From assembly GCF_009914755.1 (NCBI RefSeq), contig NC_060936.1: a DNA stretch of 64,000 bases; one strand, 5' to 3'. Under the pieces are notes generated by a model. The model was not told the DNA's origin, did not search any database, and worked only from the letters and a program-made list of their open reading frames with translations. This document shows positions 12,801-25,260 of this stretch, piece by piece (within the stretch, counting starts at the first letter, position 1; each line of letters begins with the position of its first letter). The position numbers and the translations under genes are program-made. This DNA is from the human T2T-CHM13v2.0 reference genome, Homo sapiens.

Positions 12801-15800
12801 CTACATTTGGCCTAAAAGCGCTTGAAATCTCCACCTGCAAATATCACAAAAAGAGGGTTTCACATCTGCTCTGTCTAAAGGACAGTTCACCTCTGTGAGT
12901 TGAATAGAGGCAACACAAAGAACTTACTCAGTATTCTTCTTTCTAGGGTTCTATGAAGAAACGCCGTTTCCAACGAAGGCCCCAAAGAGGTCCAAATATC
13001 TGCTTGCAGACTTTACAGACAGAGTGTTTCCAAACTACTCTATGAAAAGAAAGCTTAAACTCCTTGAGTTGAACGCACACATCACAAAGTAGTTTCTGAG
13101 AATGATTCTGTCTAGTTTTTATACGAAGATGTTTCCTTTTCTACATTTGGTCTCAAAGCGATTGAAATCTCCAACTGGAAACTGCACAAATAGGGTGTTT
13201 CAAATCTGCTCTGTCTAAAGGAAGGTTCAACTCTGTGAGTTGAATACACACACCACAAATAAGGTACTGAGAATTCTTCTGTCGAACATTACTTGAAGAA
13301 ATCCCGTTTCCAACGAAGGCCTCAAAGAGGTCCAAATATCCACTTGCAGACATTACAAACAGAGTGTTTCCAAACTGCTCCATCAAAAGAAAGGTTAAAC
13401 TCTGTGAGCTGAACACACACATCAAAAAGAAGTTTCTGTGAATGATTCTGTCTAGATTTTATAAGAAGATGTTTCCTTTTCTACCGTAGGCCTCAAAGCG
13501 CTTGAAATCTCCAGCTGCAAATTCCACAAAAAGGGTGTTTAACATCTGCTCTTCTAAAGGAAAGTTCAACTCTATGAGTTGAATACACACAGCACAAAGA
13601 AGTTACTGAGACTTCTCCTATCAAACATTATATGAAGAAATCCCGTTTCCAACGAAGGCCTCAAAGAGGTCCAAATATCTGCTTGCAGACTTTACAGACA
13701 GAGCGCTTCCAAACTGCTCCATCAAAAGAAAGGTTAAACTCCTTGAGTTGAACACACACATCACAAAGTAGTTTCTGTGAATGATTCTGTCTAGTTTTTA
13801 TACGAAGATGTTTCCTTTTCTACCTTTGGTCTCAATGCGATTGAAATCTCCACATGGAAACTCCACAAAAAGAGTGTTTCAAATCTGCTCTTTCTGAAGG
13901 AAGGTTCAACTCTGTGAGTTGAATACACACACCACAAATAAGTTACTGAGAATTCTTCTGTGTAACATTATATGAGGAAATCCCGTTTCCAACGAAGGCC
14001 TCAAAGAGATCCAAATATCCACTTGCAGACTTTACAAAGACAGTGTCTCCAAACTCCTCCATCAAAAGAAAGGTTATGCTCTGTGAATTCAACGCACACA
14101 TCACAAAGTAGTTTCTGAGAATGATTCTGTCTAGTTTTTATACGAAGATATTTCCTTTTCTACATTTGGCCTAAAAGCGCTTGAAATCTCCACCTGCAAA
14201 TATCACAAAAAGAGGGTTTCACATCTGCTCTGTCTAAAGGACAGTTCACCTCTGTGAGTTGAATAGAGGCAACACAAAGAACTTACTCAGTATTCTTCTT
14301 TCTAGCGTTCTATGAAGAAATCCCGTTTCCAACGAAGGCCTCAAAGAGGTCAAATATCTGCTTGCAGACTTTACAGACAGAGTGTTTCCAAACTACTCTA
14401 TGAAAAGAAAGCTTAAACTCCTTCAGTTGAACGCACACATCACAAAGTAGTTTCTGAGAATGATTCTGTCTAGTTTTTATACGAAGATGTTTCCTTTTCT
14501 ACATTTGGTCTCAAAGCGATTGAAATCTCCAACTGGAAACTGCACAAATAGGCTGTTTCAAATCTGCTCTGTCTAAAGGAAGGTTCAGCTCTGTGAGTTG
14601 AATACACACACCACAAATAAGTTACTGAGAATTCTTCTGTCGAACATTACAGGAAGAAATCCCGTTTCCAATGAAGGCCTCAAAGAGGTCCAAATATCCA
14701 CTTGCGGACATTACAAACAGTGTGTTTCCCAACTGCTCCATCAAAAGAAAGGTTAAACTCTGTGAGCTGAACACACACATCAAAAAGAAGTTTCTGTGAA
14801 TGATTCTGTCTAGATTTTATAAGAAGATGTTTCCTTTTCTACCGTAGGCCTCAAAGCGCTTGAAATCTCCAGCTGCAAATTACACAAAAAGGGTGTTTAA
14901 CATCTGCTCTTCTAAAGGAAAGTTCAACTCTATGAGTTCAATACACACAGCACAAAGAAGTTACTGAGACTTCTCCTATCAAACGTTATATGAAGAAATC
15001 CCGCTTCCAACGAAGGCCTCAAAGAGGTCCAAATATCTGCTTGCAGACTTTACAGACAGAGTGTTTCCAAACTGCTCCATCAAAAGAAAGGTGAAACTCC
15101 TTGAGTTGAACACACACATCACAAAGTAGTTTCTGTGAATGATTCTGTCTAGTTTTTATACGAAGATGTTTCCTTTTCTACCTTTGGTCTCAAAGCGATT
15201 GAAATCTCCACATGGAAACTCCACAAAAAGAGTGTTTCAAATCTGCTCTTTCTGAAGGAAGGTTCAACTCTGTGAGTTGAATACACACACCACAAATAAG
15301 TTACTGAGAATTCTTCTGTGTAACATTATATGAGGAAATCCCGTTTCCAACGAAGGCCTCAAAGAGGTCCAAATATCCACTTGCAGACTTTACAAAGACA
15401 GTGTCTCCAAACTCCTCCATCAAAAGAAAGTTTATACTCTGTGAATTGAACGCACACATCACAAAGTAGTTTCTGAGAATGATTCTGTCTAGTTTTTATA
15501 CGAAGATATTTCCTTTTCTACATTTGGCCTAAAAGCGCTTGAAATCTCCACCTGCAAATATCACAAAAAGAGGGTTTCACATCTGCTCTGTCTAAAGGAC
15601 AGTTCACCTCTGTGAGTTGAATAGAGGCAACACAAAGAACTTACTCAGTATTCTTCTTTCTAGCGTTCTATGAAGAAATCCCGTTTCCAACGAAGGCCTC
15701 AAAGAGGTCAAATATCTGCTTGCAGACTTTACAGACAGAGTGTTTCCAAACTACTCTATGAAAAGAAAGCTTAAACTCCTTGAGTTGAACGCACACATCA

Positions 15801-18800
15801 CAAAGTAGTTTCTGAGAATGATTCTGTCTAGTTTTTATACGAAGATGTTTCCTTTTCTACATTTGGTCTCAAAGCGATTCAAATCTCCAACTGGAAACTG
15901 CACAAATAGGGTGTTTCAAATCTGCTCTGTCTAAAGGAAGGTTCAACTCTGTGAGTTGAATACACACACCACAAATAAGTTACTGAGAATTCTTCTGTCG
16001 AACATTACATGAAGAAATCCCGTTTCCAACGAAGGCCTCAAAGAGGTCCAAATATCCACTTGCAGACATTACAAACAGAGTGTTTCCAAACTGCTCCATC
16101 AAAAGAAAGGTTAAACTCTGTGAGCTGAACACACACATCAAAAAGAAGTTTCTGTGAATGATTCTGTCTAGATTTTATAAGATGTTTCCTTTTCTACCGT
16201 AGGCCTCAAAGCGCCTGAAATCTCCAGCTGCAAATTCCACAAAAAGGGTGTTTAACATCTGCTCTTCTAAAGGAAAGTTCAACTCTATGAGTTGAATACA
16301 CACAGCACAAAGAAGTTACTGAGACTTCTTCTGTCTAACATTATATGAAGAAATCCCGATTCCAACGAAGGCCTCAAAGAGGTCCAAATATCTGCCTGCA
16401 GACTTTACAGACAGAGGGTTTCCAAACTGCTCCATCAAAAGAAAGGTTAAACTCCTTGAGTTGAACACACACATCACAAAGTAGTTTCTGTGAATGATTC
16501 TGTCTAGTTTTTATACGAAGATGTTTCCTTTTCTACCTTTGGTCTCAAAGCGATTGAAATCTCCACATGGAAACTCCACAAAAAGAGTGTTTCAAATCTG
16601 CTCTTTCTGAAGGAAGGTTCATCTCTGTGAGTTGAATACACACACCACAAATAAGTTACTGAGAATTCTTCTGTGTAACATTATATGAGGAAATCCCGTT
16701 TCCAACGAAGGCCTCAAAGAGGTCCAAATATCCACTTGCAGACTTTACAAAGACAGTGTCTCCAAACTCCTCCATCAAAAGAAAGGTTATACTCTGTGAA
16801 TTGAACGCACACATCACAAAGTAGTTTCTGAGAATGATTCTGTCTAGTTTTTATACGAAGATATTTCCTTTCCTACATTTGGCCTAAAAGCGCTTGAAAT
16901 CTCCACCTGCAAATATCACAAAAAGAGGGTTTCACATCTGCTCTGTCTAAAGGACAGTTCACCTCTGTGAGTTGAATAGAGGCAACACAAAGAACTTACT
17001 CAGTATTCTTCTTTCTAGCGTTCTATGAAGAAATCCCGTTTCCAACGAAGGCCCCAAAGAGGTCCAAATATCTGCTTGCAGACTTTACAGACAGAGTGTT
17101 TCCAAACTACTCTATGAAAAGAAAGCTTAAACTCCTTGAGTTGAACGCACACATCACAAAGTAGTTTCTGAGAATGATTCTGTCTAGTTTTTATACGAAG
17201 ATGTTTCCTTTTCTACATTTGGTCTCAAAGCGATTGAAATCTCCAACTGGAAACTGCACAAATAGGGTGTTTCAAATCTGCTCTGTCTAAAGGAAGGTTC
17301 AACTCTGTGAGTTGAATACACACACCACAAATAAGTTACTGAGAATTCTTCTGTCGAACATTACATGAAGAAATCCCGTTTCCAACGAAGGCCTCAAAGA
17401 CGTCCAAATATCCACTTGCAGACATTACAAAGAGAGTGTTTCCAAACTGCTCCATCAAAAGAAAGGTTAAACTCTGTGAGCTGAACACACACATCAAAAA
17501 GAAGTTTCTGTGAATGATTCTGTCTAGATTTTATAAGAAGATGTTTCCTTTTCTACCGTAGGCCTCAAAGCGCTTGAAATCTCCAGCTGCAAATTCCACA
17601 AAAAGGGTGTTTAACATCTGCTCTTCTAAAGGAAAGTTCAACTCTATGAGTTGAATACACACAGCACAAAGAAGTTACTGAGACTTCTCCTATCAAACAT
17701 TATATGAAGAAATCCCGTTTCCAAAGAAGGCCTCAAAGAGGTCCAAATATCTGCTTGCAGACTTTACAGACAGAGTGTTTCCAAACTGCTCCATCAAAAG
17801 AAAGGTTAACCTCCTTGAGTTGAACACACACATCACAAAGTAGTTTCTGTGAATGATTCTGTCTAGTTTTTATACGAAGATGTTTCCTTTTCTACCTTTG
17901 GTCTCAAAGCGATTGAAATCTCCACATGGAAACTCCACAAAAAGAGTGTTTCAAATCTGCTCTTTCTGAAGGAAGGTTCATCTCTGTGAGTTGAATACAC
18001 ACACCACAAATAAGTTACTGAGAATTCTTCTGTGTAACATTATATGAGGAAATCCCGTTTCCAACGAAGGCCTCAAAGAGGTCCAAATATCCACTTGCAG
18101 ACTTTACAAAGACAGTGTTTCCAAACTCCTCCATCAAAAGAAAGGTTATACTCTGTGAATTGAACGCACACATCACAAAGTAGTTTCTGAGAATGATTCT
18201 GTCTAGTTTTTATACGAAGATATTTCCTTTTCTACATTTGGCCTAAAAGCGCTTGAAATCTCCACCTGCAAATATCACAAAAAGAGGGTTTCACATCTGC
18301 TCTGTCTAAAGGACAGTTCACCTCTGTGAGTTGAATAGAGGCAACACAAAGAACTTACTCAGTATTCTTCTTTCTAGCGTTCTATGAAGAAATCCCGTTT
18401 CCAACGAAGGCCCCAAAGAGGTCCAAATATCTGCTTGCAGACTTTACAGACAGAGTGTTTCCAAACTACTCTATGAAAAGAAAGCTTAAACTCCTTGAGT
18501 TGAACGCACACATCACAAAGTAGTTTCTGAGAATGATTCTGTCTAGTTTTTATACGAAGATGTTTCCTTTTCTACATTTGGTCTCAAAGCGATTGAAATC
18601 TCCAACTGGAAACTGCACAAATAGGGTGTTTCAAATCTGCTCTGTCTAAAGGAAGGTTCAACTCTGTGAGGTGAATACACACACCACAAATAAGTTACTG
18701 AGAATTCTTCTGTCGAACATTACTTGAAGAAATCCCGTTTCCAACGAAGGCCTCAAAGACGTCCAAATATCCACTTGCAGACATTACAAACAGAGTGTTT

Positions 18801-21800
18801 CCAAACTGCTCCATCAAAAGAAAGGTTAAACTCTGTGAGCTGAACACACACATCAAAAAGAAGTTTCTGTGAATGATTCTGTCTAGATTTTATAAGAAGA
18901 TGTTTCCTTTTCTACCGTAGGCCTCAAAGCGCTTGAAATCTCCAGCTGCAAATTCCACAAAAAGGGTGTTTAACATCTGCTCTTCTAAAGGAAAGTTCAA
19001 CTCTATGAGTTGAATACACACAGCACAAAGAAGTTACTGAGACTTGTCCTATCAAACATTATATGAAGAAATCCCGTTTCCAACGAAGGCCTCAAAGAGG
19101 TCCAAATATCTGCTTGCAGACTTTACAGACAGAGTGTTTCCAAACTGCTCCATCAAAAGAAAGGTTAACCTCCTTGAGTTGAACACACACATCACAAAGT
19201 AGTTTCTGTGAATGATTCTGTCTAGTTTTTATACGAAGATGTTTCCTTTTCTACCTTTGGTCTCAAAGCGATTGAAATCTCCACATGGAAACTCCACAAA
19301 AAGAGTGTTTCAAATCTGCTCTTTCTGAAGGAAGGTTCATCTCTGTGAGTTGAATACACACACCACAAATAAGTTACTGAGAATTCTTCTGTGTAACAGT
19401 ATATGAGGAAATCCCGTTTCCAACGAAGGCCTCAAAGAGGTCCAAATATCCACTTGCAGACTTTACAAAGACAGTGTCTCCAAACTCCTCCATCAAAAGA
19501 AAGGTTATACTCTGTGAATTGAACGCACACATCACAAAGTAGTTTCTGAGAATGATTCTGTCTAGTTTTTATACGAAGATATTTCCTTTTCTACATTTGG
19601 CCTAAAAGCGCTTGAAATCTCCACCTGCAAATATCACAAAAAGAGGGTTTCACATCTGCTCTGTCTAAAGGACAGTTCACCTCTGTGAGTTGAATAGAGG
19701 CAACACAAAGAACTTACTCAGTATTCTTCTTTCTAGCGTTCTATGAAGAAATCCCGTTTCCAACGAAGGCCCTAAAGAGGTCCAAATATCTGCTTGCAGA
19801 CTTTACAGACAGAGTGTTTCCAAACTACTCTATGAAAAGAAAGCTTAAACTCCTTGAGTTGAACGCACACATCACAAAGTAGTTTCTGAGAATGATTCTG
19901 TCTAGTTTTTATACGAAGATGTTTCCTTTTCTACATTTGGTCTCAAAGCGATTGAAATCTCCAACTGGAAACTGCACAAATAGGGTGTTTCAAATCTGCT
20001 CTGTCTAAAGGAAGGTTCAACTCTGTGAGTTGAATACACACACCACAAATAAGTTACTGAGAATTCTTCTGTCGAACATTACTTGAAGAAATCCCGTTTC
20101 CAACGAAGGCCTCAAAGAGGTCCAAATATCCACTTGCAGACATTACAAACAGAGTGTTTCCAAACTGCTCCATCAAAAGAAAGGTTAAACTCTGTGAGCT
20201 GAACACACACATCAAAAAGAAGTTTCTGTGAATGATTCTGTCTAGATTTTATAAGAAGATGTTTCCTTTTCTACCGTAGGCCTCAAACCGCTTGAAATCT
20301 CCAGCTGCAAATTCCACAAAAAGAGTGTTTAACATCTGCTCTTCTAAAGGAAAGTTCAACTCTATGAGTTGAATACACACAGCACAAAGAAGTTACTGAG
20401 ACTTCTCCTATCAAACATTATATGAAGAAATCCCGTTTCCAACGAAGGCCTCAAAGAGGTCCAAATATCTGCTTGCAGACTTTACAGACAGAGTGTTTCC
20501 AAACTGCTCCATCAAAAGGAAGGTTAACCTCCTTGAGTTGAACACACACATCACAAAGTAGTTTCTGTGAATGATTCTGTCTAGTTTTTATACGAAGATG
20601 TTTCCTTTTCTACCTTTGGTCTCAAAGCGATTGAAATCTCCACATGGAAACTCCACAAAAAGAGTGTTTCAAATCTGCTCTTTCTGAAGGAAGGTTCATC
20701 TCTGTGAGTTGAATACACACACCACAAATAAGTTACTGAGAATTCTTCTGTGTAACATTATATGAGGAAATCCCGTTTCCAACGAAGGCCTCAAAGAGGT
20801 CCAAATATCCACTTGCAGACTTTACAAAGACAGTGTCTCCAAACTCCTCCATCAAAAGAAAGGTTATACTCTGTGAATTGAACGCACACATCACAAAGTA
20901 GTTTCTGAGAATGATTCTGTCTAGTTTTTATACGAAGATATTTCCTTTTCTACATTTGGCCTAAAAGCGCTTGAAATCTCCACCTGCAAATATCACAAAA
21001 AGAGGGTTTCACATCTGCTCTGTCTAAAGGACAGTTCACCTCTGTGAGTTGAATAGAGGCAACACAAAGAACTTACTCAGTATTCTTCTTTCTAGCGTTC
21101 TATGAAGAAATCCCGTTTCCAACGAAGTCCCCAAAGAGGTCCAAATATCTGCTTGCAGACTTTACAGACAGAGTGTTTCCAAACTACTCTATGAAAAGAA
21201 AGATTAAACTCCTTGAGTTGAACGCACACATCACAAAGTAGTTTCTGAGAATGATTCTGTCTAGTTTTTATACGAAGATGTTTCCTTTTCTACGTTTGGT
21301 CTCAAAGCGATTGAAATCTCCAACTGGAAACTGCACAAATAGGGTGTTTCAAATCTGCTCTGTCTAAAGGAAGGTTCAACTCTGTGAGTTGAATACACAC
21401 ACCACAAATAAGTTACTGAGAATTCTTCTGTCGAACATTACTTGAAGAAATCCCGTTTCCAACGAAGGCCTCAAAGAGGTCCAAATATCCACTTGCAGAC
21501 ATTACAAACAGAGTGTTTCCAAACTGCTCCATCAAAAGAAAGGTTAAACTCTGTGAGCTGAACACACACATCAAAAAGAAGTTTCTGTGAATGATTCTGT
21601 CTAGATTTTATAAGAAGATGTTTCCTTTTCTACCGTAGGCCTCAAAGCGCTTGAAATCTCCAGCTGCAAATTCCACAAAAAGGGTGTTTAACATCTGCTC
21701 TTCTAAAGGAAAGTTCAACTCTATGAGTTGAATACACACAGCACAAAGAAGTTACTGACACTTCTCCTATCAAACATTATATGAAGAAATCCCGTTTCCA

Positions 21801-24800
21801 ACGAAGGCCTCAAAGAGGTCCAAATATCTGCTTGCAGACGTTACAGACAGAGTGTTTCAAAACTGCTCCATCAAAAGAAAGGTTAACCTCCTTGAGTTGA
21901 ACACACACATCACAAAGTAGTTTCTGTGAATGATTCTGTCTAGTTTTTATACGAAGATGTTTCCTTTTCTACCTTTGGTCTCAAAGCGATTGAAATCTCC
22001 ACATGGAAACTCCACAAAAAGAGTGTTTCAAATCTGCTCTTTCTGAAGGAAGGTTCATCTCTGTGAGTTGAATACACACACCACAAATAAGTTACTGAGA
22101 ATTCTTCTGTGTAACATTATATGAGGAAATCCCGTTTCCAACGAAGGCCTCAAAGAGGTCCAAATATCCACTTGCAGACTTTACAAAGACAGTGTCTCCA
22201 AACTCCTCCATCAAAAGAAAGGTTATACTCTGTGAATTGAACGCACACATCACAAAGTAGTTTCTGAGAATGATTCTGTCTAGTTTTTATACGAAGATAT
22301 TTCCTTTTCTACATTTGGCCTAAAAGCGCTTGAAATCTCCACCTGCAAATATCACAAAAAGAGGGTTTCACATCTGCTCTGTCTAAAGGACAGTTCACCT
22401 CTGTGAGTTGAATAGAGGCAACACAAAGAACTTACTCAGTATTCTTCTTTCTAGGGTTCTATGAAGAAACGCCGTTTCCAACGAAGGCCCCAAAGAGGTC
22501 CAAATATCTGCTTGCAGACTTTACAGACAGAGTGTTTCCAAACTACTCTATGAAAAGAAAGCTTAAACTCCTTGAGTTGAACGCACACATCACAAAGTAG
22601 TTTCTGAGAATGATTCTGTCTAGTTTTTATACGAAGATGTTTCCTTTTCTACATTTGGTCTCAAAGCGATTGAAATCTCCAACTGGAAACTGCACAAATA
22701 GGGTGTTTCAAATCTGCTCTGTCTAAAGGAAGGTTCAACTCTGTGAGTTGAATACACACACCACAAATAAGGTACTGAGAATTCTTCTGTCGAACATTAC
22801 TTGAAGAAATCCCGTTTCCAACGAAGGCCTCAAAGAGGTCCAAATATCCACTTGCAGACATTACAAACAGAGTGTTTCCAAACTGCTCCATCAAAAGAAA
22901 GGTTAAACTCTGTGAGCTGAACACACACATCAAAAAGAAGTTTCTGTGAATGATTCTGTCTAGATTTTATAAGAAGATGTTTCCTTTTCTACCGTAGGCC
23001 TCAAAGCGCTTGAAATCTCCAGCTGCAAATTCCACAAAAAGGGTGTTTAACATCTGCTCTTCTAAAGGAAAGTTCAACTCTATGAGTTGAATACACACAG
23101 CACAAAGAAGTTACTGAGACTTCTCCTATCAAACATTATATGAAGAAATCCCGTTTCCAACGAAGGCCTCAAAGAGGTCCAAATATCTGCTTGCAGACTT
23201 TACAGACAGAGCGCTTCCAAACTGCTCCATCAAAAGAAAGGTTAAACTCCTTGAGTTGAACACACACATCACAAAGTAGTTTCTGTGAATGATTCTGTCT
23301 AGTTTTTATACGAAGATGTTTCCTTTTCTACCTTTGGTCTCAATGCGATTGAAATCTCCACATGGAAACTCCACAAAAAGAGTGTTTCAAATCTGCTCTT
23401 TCTGAAGGAAGGTTCAACTCTGTGAGTTGAATACACACACCACAAATAAGTTACTGAGAATTCTTCTGTGTAACATTATATGAGGAAATCCCGTTTCCAA
23501 CGAAGGCCTCAAAGAGATCCAAATATCCACTTGCAGACTTTACAAAGACAGTGTCTCCAAACTCCTCCATCAAAAGAAAGGTTATGCTCTGTGAATTCAA
23601 CGCACACATCACAAAGTAGTTTCTGAGAATGATTCTGTCTAGTTTTTATACGAAGATATTTCCTTTTCTACATTTGGCCTAAAAGCGCTTGAAATCTCCA
23701 CCTGCAAATATCACAAAAAGAGGGTTTCACATCTGCTCTGTCTAAAGGACAGTTCACCTCTGTGAGTTGAATAGAGGCAACACAAAGAACTTACTCAGTA
23801 TTCTTCTTTCTAGCGTTCTATGAAGAAATCCCGTTTCCAACGAAGGCCTCAAAGAGGTCAAATATCTGCTTGCAGACTTTACAGACAGAGTGTTTCCAAA
23901 CTACTCTATGAAAAGAAAGCTTAAACTCCTTCAGTTGAACGCACACATCACAAAGTAGTTTCTGAGAATGATTCTGTCTAGTTTTTATACGAAGATGTTT
24001 CCTTTTCTACATTTGGTCTCAAAGCGATTGAAATCTCCAACTGGAAACTGCACAAATAGGCTGTTTCAAATCTGCTCTGTCTAAAGGAAGGTTCAGCTCT
24101 GTGAGTTGAATACACACACCACAAATAAGTTACTGAGAATTCTTCTGTCGAACATTACAGGAAGAAATCCCGTTTCCAATGAAGGCCTCAAAGAGGTCCA
24201 GATATCCACTTGCGGACATTACAAACAGTGTGTTTCCCAACTGCTCCATCAAAAGAAAGGTTAAACTCTGTGAGCTGAACACACACATCAAAAAGAAGTT
24301 TCTGTGAATGATTCTGTCTAGATTTTATAAGAAGATGTTTCCTTTTCTACCGTAGGCCTCAAAGCGCTTGAAATCTCCAGCTGCAAATTACACAAAAAGG
24401 GTGTTTAACATCTGCTCTTCTAAAGGAAAGTTCAACTCTATGAGTTCAATACACACAGCACAAAGAAGTTACTGAGACTTCTCCTATCAAACGTTATATG
24501 AAGAAATCCCGCTTCCAACGAAGGCCTCAAAGAGGTCCAAATATCTGCTTGCAGACTTTACAGACAGAGTGTTTCCAAACTGCTCCATCAAAAGAAAGGT
24601 GAAACTCCTTGAGTTGAACACACACATCACAAAGTCGTTTCTGTGAATGATTCTGTCTAGTTTTTATACGAAGATGTTTCCTTTTCTACCTTTGGTCTCA
24701 AAGCGATTGAAATCTCCACATGGAAACTCCACAAAAAGAGTGTTTCAAATCTGCTCTTTCTGAAGGAAGGTTCAACTCTGTGAGTTGAATACACACACCA

Positions 24801-25260
24801 CAAATAAGTTACTGAGAATTCTTCTGTGTAACATTATATGAGGAAATCCCGTTTCCAACGAAGGCCTCAAAGAGGTCCAAATATCCACTTGCAGACTTTA
24901 CAAAGACAGTGTCTCCAAACTCCTCCATCAAAAGAAAGTTTATACTCTGTGAATTGAACGCACACATCACAAAGTAGTTTCTGAGAATGATTCTGTCTAG
25001 TTTTTATACGAAGATATTTCCTTTTCTACATTTGGCCTAAAAGCGCTTGAAATCTCCACCTGCAAATATCACAAAAAGAGGGTTTCACATCTGCTCTGTC
25101 TAAAGGACAGTTCACCTCTGTGAGTTGAATAGAGGCAACACAAAGAACTTACTCAGTATTCTTCTTTCTAGCGTTCTATGAAGAAATCCCGTTTCCAACG
25201 AAGGCCTCAAAGAGGTCAAATATCTGCTTGCAGACTTTACAGACAGAGTGTTTCCAAACT
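6200..25260. repeat. Large ~7-HOR duplication (copy 1 ~6.2-15.75 kb, copy 2 ~16.7-25.26 kb; offset 10527 then 9508 bp)
   Basis: Many shared private variants: tttccaaaga 7186/17713, gaggtgaata, gacttgtcct, aacagtatat, ggccctaaag, aaaccgct, aagtcccc, aagattaa, ctagggttct..acgccg 12962/22470, aaggtactg, gagcgcttcc, ccaatgaag 14660/24168, ccgcttcc 14999/24507. Confidence 0.9.
10924..11942. repeat. 6-mer HOR variant (A-B-C, 1019 bp) from a local tandem duplication
   Basis: Box A 10924, B 11263, C 11603, then A again at 11943 with no D dimer. Variants ctacgtttgg, aaagagaggtt and gacgttacaga..ttcaaaact repeat at +1019. Confidence 0.92.

Noticed and set aside
14999-15015. CENP-B box variant TCCCGCTTCC (also at 24507) as an inactive box
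   Set aside because: On the - strand it reads CTTCGTTGGAAGCGGGA, which matches the R=G consensus, so it is expected to be functional.
13153-22933. 90-aa minus-strand ORFs at 13153-13425 and 22661-22933
   Set aside because: A single substitution (aagttact>aaggtact) removes a stop codon in satellite DNA. They are useful only as markers of the 9508-bp duplication.
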